The notes under the pieces were generated by a model that had not been told where the DNA came from, searched no databases, and saw only the letters and a program-made list of their open reading frames with translations. Position numbers and translations under genes: made by a program. From the human T2T-CHM13v2.0 reference genome, Homo sapiens: DNA of 64,000 nt. Positions within the stretch are counted from its first letter, which is position 1; every line of letters starts with the position of its first letter. This document shows, piece by piece, positions 29,828 to 43,580 of this stretch. The DNA lies in the NCBI RefSeq assembly GCF_009914755.1, contig NC_060934.1. One strand, given 5' to 3'.

Positions 29828-29940
29828 TCAGTGGTCCTGAGATCACACATGGGCCCAGGGTCGGAGTGCAGCGACAAAGGACAAGTTCCTTTACTTCTTG
29901 AGCTTCGGTTTCCTCATCTGTAAACATGAAATAAAAATTA

Positions 29941-30150
<210 letters not shown>

Positions 30151-31149
30151 TCAAGAGCTTAGCACAATACCTGACACTTAGTAAGTCACAATAAATACAA
30201 TGGATTTGTTTTTAGCGATAATGATGCCCGCACTCCTATCTGTAATGAGTAGAGAGTGCTCTGAGACCAACTGCAACCTCAGCTACTCTCTCCAGAGGTG
30301 CTTAAAGGAAGAAAGTAGGGCAGAAGGACTGCCTCCAAGATGCTCAGGGAGGAGAGGTGATCAGAAGAAGGTTCTGGAAACATCCCGACAGGAAACTTTC
30401 CCAGCGAGAAGCTGTGGGTTCCTGCCGCTCCATGCATCTCTTGCTCTCTCTAACTCTGCCATCTTCCCTCTTCACCCCATTAGCCTTGTCAAACAGAGAG
30501 GAAGGGATGAAACGATGGAGTTTGGAAATTAACATTTCAAAGTAAATACTGGAAGAGTGCTGCCTGAGCCTTGGAGTGGCAGGTGCACAGAGGAGGGGTG
30601 AGGGGCGGGTCTGGCGTGTGTGCTCTCCACAGCTTTTGTGCCTGATCAGTCATCTCATTTCCCTTCTGTAGCACATTAAAGAGAAACATCGCCGACAAAC
30701 CTCTCAGTCCCTGCCAAGCTGCTGGGTGCAAGTTGAGCCAGCGGGCAGACACAGCCCAGTCCTCCTGGCTCTTCTCTTGCAAACCTCCATTAAATGGGCC
30801 AGAAATTGAGGGGGAAAGAACACTGTATTCAGCTCAGTTTACTCATATACCACACCCAGGCAGTAGTTAGGACAGACCCTTAATGCCTTCCCAGAAGGGC
30901 CCAAACAGAGCAAAGGATCAATCCCTTATTCATTGACCCACTGTCCACCCAATAATCACTGAAACTAGATTTTACTTTTAAAATATTTGCTGGCTCCTTC
31001 TCTGCCTGTCATGGAATGAGGACATTCTGTGCCTGGGAAGAAGGAACAGAAACAATTCCACGGCTTGAAACCATATAGAGGTGCCAGCCCTTCACTCAAT
31101 GCCTAATCAAAACAGTTCCGATGACAGAGCCTCTCCTCATAGGCTTTAC

Positions 31150-31800
31150 ATTTGCAAAATGATTTGCTAAGACCAAGTAGAGTTGATGCACGTGCCCATG
31201 ACCTAGCAATTCCACTCCCAGGTATTCACCGAAGACGCTCTCCCAACTGTGCACCAGGAAGCACCTGCCAGGATGTTCCAAGCATTATTTGCACGGAAAA
31301 ACCTGAAAACAATCCAAATACACACCAAAAGGAAAGTGGGCAAATCGTGGTAATGCCACATAATAGTGAAAAATGCATGAACCACAGTCCACATCATCAT
31401 GGATGAATTTCAGAAATGTAATACTGAGTCCAAAAAAATAAAAAATAAAACCAGCCTCTTACAAAGGAATATACATAGTTTGGTTCCTTTATGAAAAAGT
31501 TAGAGAATAAGCAAAAGTTAAGCTAAGGCTTACATATATACATCTATGTAGCAACACCAAAAAGGAAATCAAGGAAGTTATAAACACAGAAGTCAGTAGA
31601 GAGGTTCCCTCTGGAGCTGAGGCTGGGGTTGGGTTGGAGAGGGAACGGGACCTTCCTGCAGCTTTGCTACGTTCTTTTGCTTAAGTTTGGTGGTGAATTC
31701 ATGGATACTCATTTTATTATTATGCTTTGCCACTAACATATACATCAAGACACATTCTAAATTTTCTTTTGTTATCAAAAAATCATTTCTAAAGCATTAT
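31150..31800 (+). mobile_element. L1ME-type 3' fragment
   Basis: 'cccatgacctagcaattccactcccaggtatt' and 'catggatgaatttcagaaatgtaatactgagt'. Confidence 0.8.
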
Positions 31801-31816
31801 TTTCAAAAAGAGGGTT

Positions 31817-32110
<294 letters not shown>

Positions 32111-32799
32111 AAAGAGGGCTGACCCTAATATAGGTAAGGACATCTGAAGGCAAAAAGGGACTCCAAATGCTTCAGACGCCCAGCCAAGAGTCCGAGTCAT
32201 TAAAAACCACAGAGACAAATGAACAACAATAATAGCTGTATTCACTGAGTGTCCATCATGTCATCTACACACGCTAGAGTCTACAGAGATTATTCTAATT
32301 CTCACAGCCACTATGCAAGATGGGTGTCATTATAACCGTGGAAACTAAAGCTCTGATAGGTGAAGTGACAAGGCCAGGGTCATCAAGCTGCTCCCGCCGC
32401 GGAGAAACCAAACATACCCTGTCTGTCCACGCCTACAAAGACTGCGTCTTTCCATGATGCCAAGCAGCCTCTCAAATATTTATAGACATAAATGGTGAAT
32501 GAACCAAAGTGCAATTCAATCCAACACATATTTATAAATATTTATAACCAAATGTTTTGCTTTGATAATGCCTATTCTCTGAAGCGCCTGGCGTCAGACA
32601 AACAGGGCTTTTGCTGCTGGAGCCTGCTGCAGCTCACCTGGGAGCGTTCACTCGTTTCCATGAACACACGCTTCTGTCTGCGCTCACATCCGTACCCAGA
32701 TGGCCCACCACCCTGTTACTCATCGTCTTCAATTTAACACACCGTGAAAATAAGACTCGGGTGTCCAGGGACCACAGGATGCTGTTTGTGAGGGAATTT

Positions 32800-33330
32800 G
32801 TGCCTCTCTGCTGCCTAAAATCTGCCAGAGGCTCCCCATCACTTTCAGGATTAAAGCCAAGCCCCTCAGCAGAATGGCATGTCCTGGCTGAACGTGCCGA
32901 GCTTGCCCCTTCCCACTCACACCCGCACCCTGACCTGACAGCTCGGCTCCATTTGCGGGTTCTCAAACTTATCACGTTCCCTTCGCTGTCCAAGGCTACA
33001 CAGGCTGTTCCCCCTGTCCTTCCCTTCGTCACCTCTCTCTTGGCCTAGCTAAGGTCTCCTGGACCCTCAGAGCCCAGCAGTGATGCCCCCTCCTCTAGGG
33101 AGCCTCTGCCAAGCTTCACTGCCAAGCTCCACCACTCCCTGACAGAGCGCCCTGTGATACTCACCCCTCGGCATCCACCACTCCCTGACAGAGCGCCCTG
33201 TGGTACTCACCCCTCAGCACCAGCTCTCTCTGTTTTCTTCTCCATCCTCCCATGGTTCTGAGCTCCCCTTTCCGCATCCACAGCCTGTAGGCTGGGAGAC
33301 ATGAATTCAGAGCATGCTATAAATAAATGT
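32800..33330 (+). mobile_element. L2 fragment containing a tandem duplication
   Basis: 'ggctccccatcactttcaggattaaagccaagcccct'; tail 'gctataaataaatg'. Confidence 0.65.
33128..33219. repeat. 2 x 46-bp tandem duplication (2 mismatches)
   Basis: tccaccactccctgacagagcgccctgtg(a/g)tactcacccctc(g/a)gca at 33128-33173 and 33174-33219. Confidence 0.95.
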
Positions 33331-33587
33331 GTGTGTCTCCTGGGCCTCAGGTCCCAGGACCACATAAAGCAATGGGCCAGGACAGATAATCCACACTCAT
33401 GGGCAGGACCTGTGCTGAGCCTTCACAGCACTATCCAATTTGATCTTCACAACCACACTATGAGGTACTACCATCCCCATTTCACAGATGAGGCAATTGA
33501 GATTTAGAAAAGTCCAGTATCAGGAACAAAACCACATAATCTGTAACCCAAAACTCTTTGGTTCCAAAGCCCATGATTTGTTATTAA

Positions 33588-33887
33588 TTTGTTTTTTGTT
33601 TTGTTTTGTTTTTTTGAGGCAGGGTCTCACTCTGTCACCCAGGCTGGAGTGCAGTGGCACAATCTCTTCAACCTCTGCCCCTTGGCTCAAGCAATCTTCC
33701 CACCTCAGCCTCCCAAGCAGCTGGGTCCACAGGAACATGTCACTGTACCCAGCTAAAGTTTGTATTTTTTGTAGAGACAGGGTTTCACCATGTTGCTCAG
33801 GCTGGTTTCAAACTCCCGGGCTCAAGCAATCCTCCCACCTCGGCCTTTCAAAGCGCTGGGATTACAGGCATGAGCCACCACGTCCAG
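33588..33887 (-). mobile_element. AluJb-like
   Basis: J-type 'ggctcaagcaatcctcccacctc'; TSD-like gttattaa on both sides. Confidence 0.9.
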
Positions 33888-34119
33888 TTATTAAATGTTT
33901 TAAATAAGCAATTGGATGCCACTAGAATCTTGAAATCAGAGGAATTTAGACCTGAAAGGTATCTTGGAAAGCAATATCAAATTTAGTGGTCATTTTTGTG
34001 TCCCTGATCATTTTTTCTAATCATCTACAAAGATGCATTAATTGATTATAATTATATATAATTTGATATACAGCCTCTTGCAACGTCAAAGGATTTTCCA
34101 TCTGAATCAGCTCTTCTGA

Positions 34120-34449
<330 letters not shown>

Positions 34450-34452
34450 TAG

Positions 34453-34743
<291 letters not shown>

Positions 34744-35268
34744 TCTTTTAAGATTTTTAAGGTGAATTTTATGGATCTTCCAAAGGGTGGCCTGACCTGG
34801 TATAAAGACATGCCCACGGTCACATGGAGAGTCTTACTACACTCCCAGGTGGGGCAGGGGTGGGAGTGAGGCATTGAGGGGAAGACATCCACCCCGCTAC
34901 CAGGTGCCTGAAGCCACTCCAGCTCTCCCAGCCCCTCAGGATACTCAGGGACTGTCCTAGCAAGGCAGGAAGTGAGGACAAGGGACCTAGCAAAGGAGCA
35001 CCCACCTGCCCAGCTTCTGACCACGTCACAGTGTAACTGTCTATGGTGGTAATGTTACAAGCCAGGGGAGCAAAGGACAATTCACCGCAACACTTAGGTT
35101 CAACATGGAGCAGCCACGGAGGCCCTGAGTCCTCTCAGAAGCACCGACTCCCACTCTGGGGCCTGCCTAAGGGAGGCCAGCCGGTGGAAAGGGAGCCCAG
35201 GTGAACATAGAAACAGCAGAGGGAATTATTGCACATTCTGAAGTCTTCCTAGTAAGATCAAAAGTACA

Positions 35269-35619
<351 letters not shown>

Positions 35620-35689
35620 TTAGCTCAAGGAAGAGTCCTAAGGAAGCTCGTCTCCCTAGCCTTCTCAAATCAAAAAATAAAAATAAAAA

Positions 35690-35850
35690 TCCAAGCGCTC
35701 ACTAGCTGTGTGATGTTGGGCAAATTCTTGGCTACTCTGAATTTCAGTTTTCTCCTCTATGACAATGGGGATAATAATAATTCCAGCCTCATAAAGTTGT
35801 TGAGAGGATTCCATAAGATAATGATGGAAAACCCTTAGCACATGATAAAT
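35690..35850 (+). mobile_element. MIR
   Basis: 'cactagctgtgtgatgttgggcaaatt...ctctgaatttcagttttctcc'. Confidence 0.85.
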
Positions 35851-36874
35851 GGCACCTCATGCTGTTGTGACGATTCCTGCCATTACCCATGACAGTCTCT
35901 GCTGTCTGTCTTGTTCACCATCAGTGCCTGGTGTCAGAGTAGATGCTCAGCAAATAGCAGTGACCTGGCAGAGCACAAAAGGGTCTTTCCCATTGCGACA
36001 TCAGAGGCCATGTGAGCTTCAAGGAAACATTTGGATCATGTAGTTTGAAGGCTGGCCCAGTGCAGGGGCCCCTTCCTGGCTTCCCCGTAAGGTTGGTTTA
36101 GAGATTGCCCACCTGGGCTCTGCTTGACCTCGCCCAGGGCCAGAGAGCTCACTAATGCTTGAGGCTCAACATCCACTCCCAGCCTGCTATTCCTTGGAAT
36201 TGCCCTGAGACCTTCCTGCTGGTACTTATCCTGCTTCTTCTGGAGAACAGAGAGTAAGCCCACTCATTCCCATGGCCCACATCCATGCTTTCAAATCCTC
36301 TCAGCAGCTCTGGAGACCTGAAACCTCTCCAGTTTCTTCACTGACCCCTCACAGGTCCGGGGGCCAATTCTGGGTGCCTGTAAGTTTGCAAATGTTCTCT
36401 GGAGATGAGAAGCCTGGAGCCAGGCACCACAGTCTGAGAAAGGTGTTCCCAGCAGCCCTCAGCTCCCTGATGGCTCTCACTGACCAGGTCTTCCAGGCCT
36501 GGAAGAGCCCTGGGCATCCTGACCCCTGAGTCCCTCCTATCTTTCTATCACTGGGTCATTGCTGAGGGGAGGCTCAACAGCAACTGCAGCACTGGGCACC
36601 TGGGCATCCTGGGTCCTTCTCTAGAAATCCAGTCGCCACCTATGAGCCACCCGGCCTTCTCACTGTACTGTGAAAATGGTGTTTCTCTGCCCTTCCTTCT
36701 GAGGAGCCAAGGCTCAGAAAGGAAGCCTGTGTCAGATTCCAAGTCTTTTGAAAACAAAGAAAACATAGACTCCTCCCAGGAGGACTGGGGTACCAGGGAT
36801 AAAGGGAACCTTCCCATAAGATCAAAGTGCTCTGTCCTTGATGGGCAGAGTATGAGAAGCAGGGGGCCAAGTTG

Positions 36875-37090
36875 ACAGAGCACAGGCTCTGGAGTGAAAC
36901 CTTCATCCAAGCCTTGGTTGTGCCAGTTCACCTGCTGTGTGACCTTGGGCAAGTTGCCTGACCTCTCTGAGCTTAATGTAAAAGTAGAATCAACAAAATA
37001 CATTTCACGGGCTGTTGAAAGATGAGAATGAAATAATATATGGAGAGTCCTGGTGGCAGCCTGGGTCAGACAGGAACTGAATAAGTCTTC
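36875..37090 (+). mobile_element. MIR, followed by a purine-rich low-complexity tract (37097-37165)
   Basis: 'gctgtgtgaccttgggcaagttgcctgacctctctgagc'. Confidence 0.85.
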
Positions 37091-38460
37091 ATTATGATGA
37101 GGAAGGAGGAAGAGGAGGAGGAGGCAGCAGTAGGAGAGGAGAAAGAGAAGGAAGAGAGAGAGAAATAATAATTCAAATAATTCATCCCCACCCCACTTCA
37201 CCTCCTCCCTCCAGCTAGAGAAGACCATCTCCTGAGCTAGCCGAAGCCCACTGCAAGGATTCCAGGTTCTTCCTCCTTAGGGCCTGTCCGGAGCCCTGGG
37301 GTCAACACTGCTTTCCCAGCTTCCCCAGAGGAGGGAAGAGTGGAGGCTGCTGATGAGGAGCACCCCCTACCCACAGGTCTAGCCCGGCATCCTGGGCCTC
37401 CTCCCTGAGCTGCTGACCAGGAGCCCATCCTGTCTCCTCTATGCCTGGTGAGCAGTGGGGTTTCTGTCCCTGGTCCAGCTCATTTCAGGAGGCAGTGGGG
37501 CTGGGGGCTGGGCATCCTGCCCAATTAACACTCTCAAGAATGCCAGCGAAGCAGCTGCCATGCAGTCGGGCTCCCCAGGGAGAGGGGCCCAGGTGTTCCT
37601 GCCTCCTCTCTGGTGCAGGCTGGGGGTGGGAGAGCCTGTCACCAGGCCTGGTCCTCACCCCAGAGCATCTGGGCTTCCTCTGTAGGAGTGGGGAGCATCT
37701 GGCAGCCCACATCCCCTCCATCCCCAGCCCACCATGGAAACGAGAGGACGGATGGGCTCTGGAGCTCCAAAGACCTGGGATTCACTCCTGCCCACCCCCT
37801 CCTTCCACCCGTCAGCTTGTTACCTGTCTGTGAAATGACAACACACTCTGCTGCCCACTGTTGTGAGGTAACAGGAAAGCATATGGCTTGGAACTTGGTC
37901 CACAGTCAGTACCCAACACTGTTTTCTCTCCCTCCCTCCCCATCCCTAACTACAGTGGGTGGCAGAGACATGCCAATACCTTGCTTCATAGAGAGAGGAG
38001 AAAATGAAATCAGAAAAAAAAGCAATTTTTTCTCTGTGTTTCTACGAGCAGAGACTTAGAAAAACACTTGACATGAAGAAAAGTTCCAGGGACATGAGTT
38101 CTGACATCAAGGAGCCCAACCCTGAAAGATCTGAGAATAAAGCATGTGAAGTGGGTGTCCAAAGAGCAAAGCAGGTAAATTAAAAAAAATTACAGGGAGA
38201 TGAAGGACTAAGAACAACGTCTATTAAATAATTATAAGGAAAGATAGCTTCCTGTCTCTAATAACTTATTTGCTTGGAAAATTTGCTCCAAACATACTCT
38301 CCATGTCGATATTTGCTTGATGTTTGCTTGCATTTAGCTAGCATAATAAAGGTGTTTGTCTTCATGTTAACAACTAAAAAAAGGAATATGACTATTCAAG
38401 GTTATAAATCCACAAGGGTGTGGATTTCCAGGAACAACCCTTGAGGCTCTATAGCATACT

Positions 38461-38476
38461 ACTGCCACCTGGTGAC
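38461..38476 (-). promoter_or_regulatory. Candidate CTCF site
   Basis: Minus strand GTCACCAGGTGGCAGT versus consensus CCASYAGRKGGCRS. Confidence 0.55.
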
Positions 38477-38769
38477 AGTGTACCAGGGGTAAATTGGAAG
38501 GGTAGAATTTGAGAGTATATAAATAATCTCTTCGGTTGCTGAGTCTGAAAAAGTCCATGAGGCTTGGGCCATGCAAGTGACCCACATGCAAGTCACTCAG
38601 TTACCAGCAACTATTTTGAAAAATCAGTGAACTAAGATCCACTTCTGGCTCTCCCTGAGGACAACTCATTTCCGAGTTACAACCTGAGTTCCTTCTCTGT
38701 GAATGGAGGGGCCTAAAAGACCTCTGAAGTCACTGCCGGCTCTTATATTTGAATGTTCTGTAAATGTGT

Positions 38770-38935
38770 CTCAGAATGAAAGCTCAATGAATACATTTCA
38801 GAAACCCCAGGGGGATCTGTCAAAATGCAGAGTTCTGGTTCCAGCCTCAGATTCTCAATAAGAAGGTCAGGGGTAAGGCTCTGAAATCTACATTTTTTAA
38901 TAAACAGCTTCCTCATTCTCTAGTGTTTGAGCATG
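38770..38935. mobile_element. MER5A-like
   Basis: 'cagaaaccccagggggatctgtcaaaatgcag...ctgaaatctacatttt'. Confidence 0.7.
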
Positions 38936-39587
38936 GCTATTCCAAATCTTTGCATTTACTATTTAAGATTCTACTTTATTAAATTGAGACGTTCTGAGGT
39001 GTCTGGCCCCATCACAGTACGCTCACATTTCCTGAGGGCCTGAATATCACATAATACTCAGTGCAGCTTTACAAGGACTATATGGTATAAGAAGGTTTTA
39101 GGCCCATTTTGCTGATGGGGAAATTGAGACTCAAAAAGGTGACACGAGCAGCCCGAGGTCACAGGCTGCGTAAGCTGGAGCTGGGTTTGAACCCTCAGTT
39201 TTGGGATGCCCATGAACTTCCCAAAGAACGCAGGGCCTTCAGGACTTTGTCCTCCACTTCTTGGCGCAGCAGGACTTGGGGCACTGACCTAGCCATGGAG
39301 TTAGAGCCCACTCCCCACTTTTAAGGGCTTTCTGCAGGCTTCGGGCACACTCCAGACTCCAGCCCATGCATCTCTTGGCCTCCCTTGGCATCTTCTGTGC
39401 CACCCATCAAAGCGCTCCTCTATCTCCAAAATGGCCGTCGCAGGTTCTGACCTTCAATAGAAAAGGCGAAGGTATGACCAAACCTGTTCTCACCTCTTCT
39501 GCCCAGGAGAACACACATTCTTAAGGGGGAAGGAAACATGGCTCATCTTTCCTGTAACTGCTGCTTCCACTTAAAAGACATACCGAA

Positions 39588-39798
39588 TGATTCAAACCCA
39601 ACTCTGTCACACACTAGCCACGTAACCTTGGGCAAGTTACTTAACCTCTCTGAACTATACATAATTTCCTCACCAGAAAAAATGGGGATAAAAGAATCCT
39701 CTCTTATAGGATTGCTGTGGGGATTAAATGAGACAGTACATATAAAATGTTAGCCATGACGACTGGGATATAGTAAGTGCCCAATAAATTATAGCTAA
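39588..39798 (+). mobile_element. MIR
   Basis: 'accttgggcaagttacttaacctctctg' and 'tagtaagtgcccaataaat'. Confidence 0.88.
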
Positions 39799-40064
39799 AA
39801 AACAAAAGGCATACACACACATGCACAACATATGGCTTGGAGAGAAACGGAAATACATCCCTGCTCTGACATGTCTGTTTCACTCAGGCATGCACAACGT
39901 GACCCCGAAGCTGGAAGTTTCCACGCAGCCCAGCAGCGATGGGCCATTCAGGCAGGCACTGCCTGGGGTCTCTTGTGTTCCCCTGGAGGGGCAGTGTTCT
40001 AGCCTGGGAAACGGGTGTCTGGCTAAAGTCAAAATTAAGAAGAATTCTCCGTCCTCACCACCCC

Positions 40065-40245
40065 TCTTACCTTCCTGTAAACCCATGGGAAACTCCTCAG
40101 GGAACCCCACCCTCACAGGAAGGTCAGGGGTCAACTCATCGCCATCCTATTGGCTGGCACAGAAATGGTGGGCAGATCCCCCTTCCCCGATCCTCCCAGG
40201 TGGGAAGTGGGTTTATTTCTCTTTTAATGGAAAGGGGCGGGGGAA
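40065..40245 (-). promoter_or_regulatory. Candidate promoter/enhancer motif cluster with a downstream splice donor
   Basis: GC box 40234-40242; CCAAT box 40153-40149; DR1 40121-40133; NF-kB 40087-40096; AAG|GTAAGA donor at 40071/40070. Confidence 0.4.
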
Positions 40246-40807
40246 GCTAGTGGGTCTGGCCAGCCTGGCTGCTGCCTCCGTGTTCTTCAATTACAGGGAC
40301 AAAATGATTTGATGCAGGAACCAAGCAGACATCTGGGTTCCAGTTAGCATCTGACATGGGGCCTTGCTAATTAATCTGGAAACATGAATTCACAATGGCT
40401 CAAATCCGAGCGCAGTCAGGGAGAAAGCCAGCTGATGGGCCGTGAACAGAAGGTGGGTTGCGACGGGGCGGTGCGAGGAGGTCATCGGGAGGGTCTGGGA
40501 GGACTCAGGAGACGGCGCCTTGGGTTCACCCATCCTCCCTGGCTTTGCATCTGACCCCCAGGGACAGGCAGGAGGTGGCTCAGCAGCGGTGGGGAGGGTC
40601 CCGGTGGACGCCCACTCTGTGTTGGCAGCCAGCGAGGAAGACAAAGGGACTCAAACATTTCACCCCATCAGCTAGATCAGTCCCTTCGTTCTCACCTGGA
40701 GCAAATATGCCCAATGTTGGCAGATTGGCCCATCTTCCTGGGGCTTCCAATTCTTCCTCACTTAGTCTTGAAAGTTTAGGAGGAAATACATATTTTTTTC
40801 CCAAAGG

Positions 40808-40809
<2 letters not shown>

Positions 40810-40862
<53 letters not shown>

Positions 40863-40869
40863 GTATATA
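40810..40869. repeat. (TA)23 microsatellite with a degenerate tail
   Basis: Uninterrupted TA from 40810 to 40855. Confidence 0.97.
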
Positions 40870-40934
40870 GATTCAAAAGTACTTATCCATTTAACAAACA
40901 TTTATCTGTCAGTTACCTTCTAGTTGAGCCTTTA

Positions 40935-41108
40935 TTGGGCACCATCCATAGAGCTAAGAGTTTTACAACATTATGACATTTAATCCTTATGAATACCCAA
41001 AGAAGTTTTAGCTCCATTTTACAGTTTAGCAAAACAGGACTCAGAGAGGTTAAACTAGTTGCCTAGGACTGCACAGCTAGTAAGGTGCAGGGTCAGATTC
41101 AGCCCAGG
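40935..41108 (-). mobile_element. MIR
   Basis: 'ctcagagaggttaaactagttgcctaggactgcacagctagtaag'. Confidence 0.8.
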
Positions 41109-42329
41109 GTTGGGCAAGAAGACAGTGTGCCAGGCCCGCTCCCCACAGCCACTTCCCTGTGACTGCTGAGCTCATCCCCAGCTGCCCAAATGAGACCCAA
41201 ATGGCTTTGGGGCTCTGTGAGAAAGGAGGGGCCGCAAGTGAGCAGACCCCACCCTCCTTTCCAATGTCTGCTTTACATCTCCGGTGCCCTGTGAGATTTA
41301 CTTGAATACACAGGACTGTTGTCTGAAAAGTGTGTGTCCTCCTGATTCAAATCCACTGCTCCCATTTCACAGTTAAAGAAACAAAACTCCGGGCAGGCTC
41401 AAGGACTTGTGTCGGGGTACTGGAGCCGAAACGCAGTTTCCTGACTCGCAATGCTGCTTCACACCGTGTGCACGGGCGGCTCTGAGCGGCGGCGCAGTCC
41501 TTCCTGGCTCCACATTTTCACAGGCTTTGCATCCTGCTGAGGGTGCAGGCTAAGTCACCCACCCTCTCTGTGCCTCCTCCTAGGATGTTGATGATGCTAA
41601 GCGGCCGACACCTCCGGAAGAGTTCACCACAGTGCTTGGCACACAGCAAGTGCTCAGTAAATATTAGCTATTCTCATCACTTTGCCTCATTGCTCCATGG
41701 TAGTAAGACAAAGGCCCCTATCACCCACTGGACTCTGACTCTCTCTCCCTACCCTACGGGAGAAGCTGCCTGAAATGAGAGCCGATCCAAATAAAATGCT
41801 TACAATGGTTCCTGCCACATAGAAGGGTTCATTCAAGCTTGGCTAATATTGTCATGACTATTACTATATTACCTGGACCGCCTTCTCTCTCCCGGTTCTG
41901 TCCCACCAAAACTATTAGATGTCAAGACGGTCTCCCTGGCCTGGAAGTGCCAGCATCTCACACCTCTCTCCAGGCTGACAGTTGGCACTACTTTGCATTC
42001 TCTCCTTCTGTAGACCTATTCATTGCTCCCCAGTTTCCTTTGGCTTCTGAAAATTAATTATCAGTGATTTGTTAAGTTCATTAGCTCTGCCTCTCAACAG
42101 CATGGAAGGCCTGCCATCTGGACCCACATTTTCACTTTTATGCACATTGTTCCATAATTACACAATAAGTGGTGTCACCCTGAGAAGCCACGCTGAAGGC
42201 AGTCGGCTTACCCCCTCCCTTCTGCAGACTTGGGAAATCTCTCACCAGGACGAGCTGATCTGTCTACTCTGCTCTTAGAGCTGCCATCCCTTCAAACATG
42301 TGCAGAGCCCCACCAGCTTTCCCTTCTTA

Positions 42330-42532
42330 AACACAAATGCACCCCGACTATGCACCAGGGCCTGTGGAAGTGCCGTTCATACAGTCTCTTATTTAAGCCT
42401 TCAGTAATTCTGCGAGGTCACCATTATTAACCTATTTACAGATTAGGAAACTGAGGCTCAGAGAGATGAAGTAACTCACCCAAAATAATGCATCATGTCA
42501 AGTAGCGGAGCCAAGATCCGAACCCAAGTCCT
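42330..42532 (-). mobile_element. MIR
   Basis: 'tttacagattaggaaactgaggctcagagagatgaagtaactc'. Confidence 0.85.
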
Positions 42533-42779
42533 AATCACACACCAGAAAACCCTCGGGCTAAGTGCAGCGTGATTCTGCAAGCCCACCCCTTGCCTTCTTG
42601 CTACATCCAATTTCCCTCCTGCCTTCCTCTGCAGGACCTCTCAGACGTGTAGTTCTTACCTTGGCTCCATTTCATCTGCCCATTCCTGCCTCATCAGCTA
42701 TAGTCCCGCTCAACCCCATTGCTTTACCGATGCCACATTCTTGACAGGATGGACACATATGGCTTAACGGCAAGAACAA

Positions 42780-43005
42780 ATTCTACTTATTGAGCACGCG
42801 CTACCTGATCATTGCTATAATATATTCCTGGATTATCTCATTTAATCCATAAAATCTTATCAGGCAAGTAACACAGGAATTAACAAACACATTTTACAGA
42901 TGGGAGAACAAGGTGTAGAAAGATTGAGCCACTGCCCGCAGTCATCCAGTTAGTAAGTTACAGAACCTCGACTTGAAGCCAGACATTCTGACTCCAGTGT
43001 CTACT
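42780..43005 (-). mobile_element. MIR
   Basis: 'tacttattgagcac...attatctcatttaatcc...ttttacagatgggagaac'. Confidence 0.8.
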
Positions 43006-43204
43006 TCTCCAGCTCCCTCGTGAGGACAGAGCCAACTACATTTCTGAGAGGGAGGCTGCTACAGAGATAAGGATTCCAGCAACATGGAAGATGGGGTCTC
43101 CCATGTCTTGAGATGAGTACCAACAGGTTCCCACAACTCCATTGTAGGCAACTGAAACCCTGTTTTCAAGTAAACAATAATCAGAAGGGAAGATGATTCT
43201 TGCC

Positions 43205-43580
43205 TCATTCATTCAACAAACATTTACTGAATATCTAATAGATAGCAAGGGCCATGCTGGGTATTGCAGACACAGGGAACACAGATGTGCACCCCAGCTC
43301 TCCAAGGGAAACAGACTCCTGTTACGAAAAGGTGAAGCCACGGTGTCGAGAGCAGGTGGCAGAGGAACCCCATCCAGCCCACGAGGTGAGGAGGGAAGCC
43401 TTGCTGGGTAAGTGGTGTTTCAGCTGAGACCCGGAGGATGACAGACATGGCCTGGATGATGTGTATGTGAGTGTGTGTGAGTGTGTTACACAAGTGCATG
43501 TGCATCTGTCCAGGGAGGTACATACTCCGGGCCAAGAGAACAATGTGTACAAGCCCAGAGTGGAGTGTGAGGAAGGCACA
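43205..43580 (-). mobile_element. L2 3' region
   Basis: 'tcattcattcaacaaacatttactga'. Confidence 0.75.

Noticed and set aside
36548-37228. Longest ORF (226 aa, minus strand)
   Set aside because: It runs through a purine-rich low-complexity tract and a MIR, so the hydrophobic stretch is a repeat artefact.
40395-40640. CpG island
   Set aside because: CpG enrichment is modest and short by eye, so it probably fails standard criteria. It is noted only as a CpG-retaining patch.
40458-40976. 172-aa ORF with a YIYIYI run
   Set aside because: The run is a translation of the (TA)n microsatellite.
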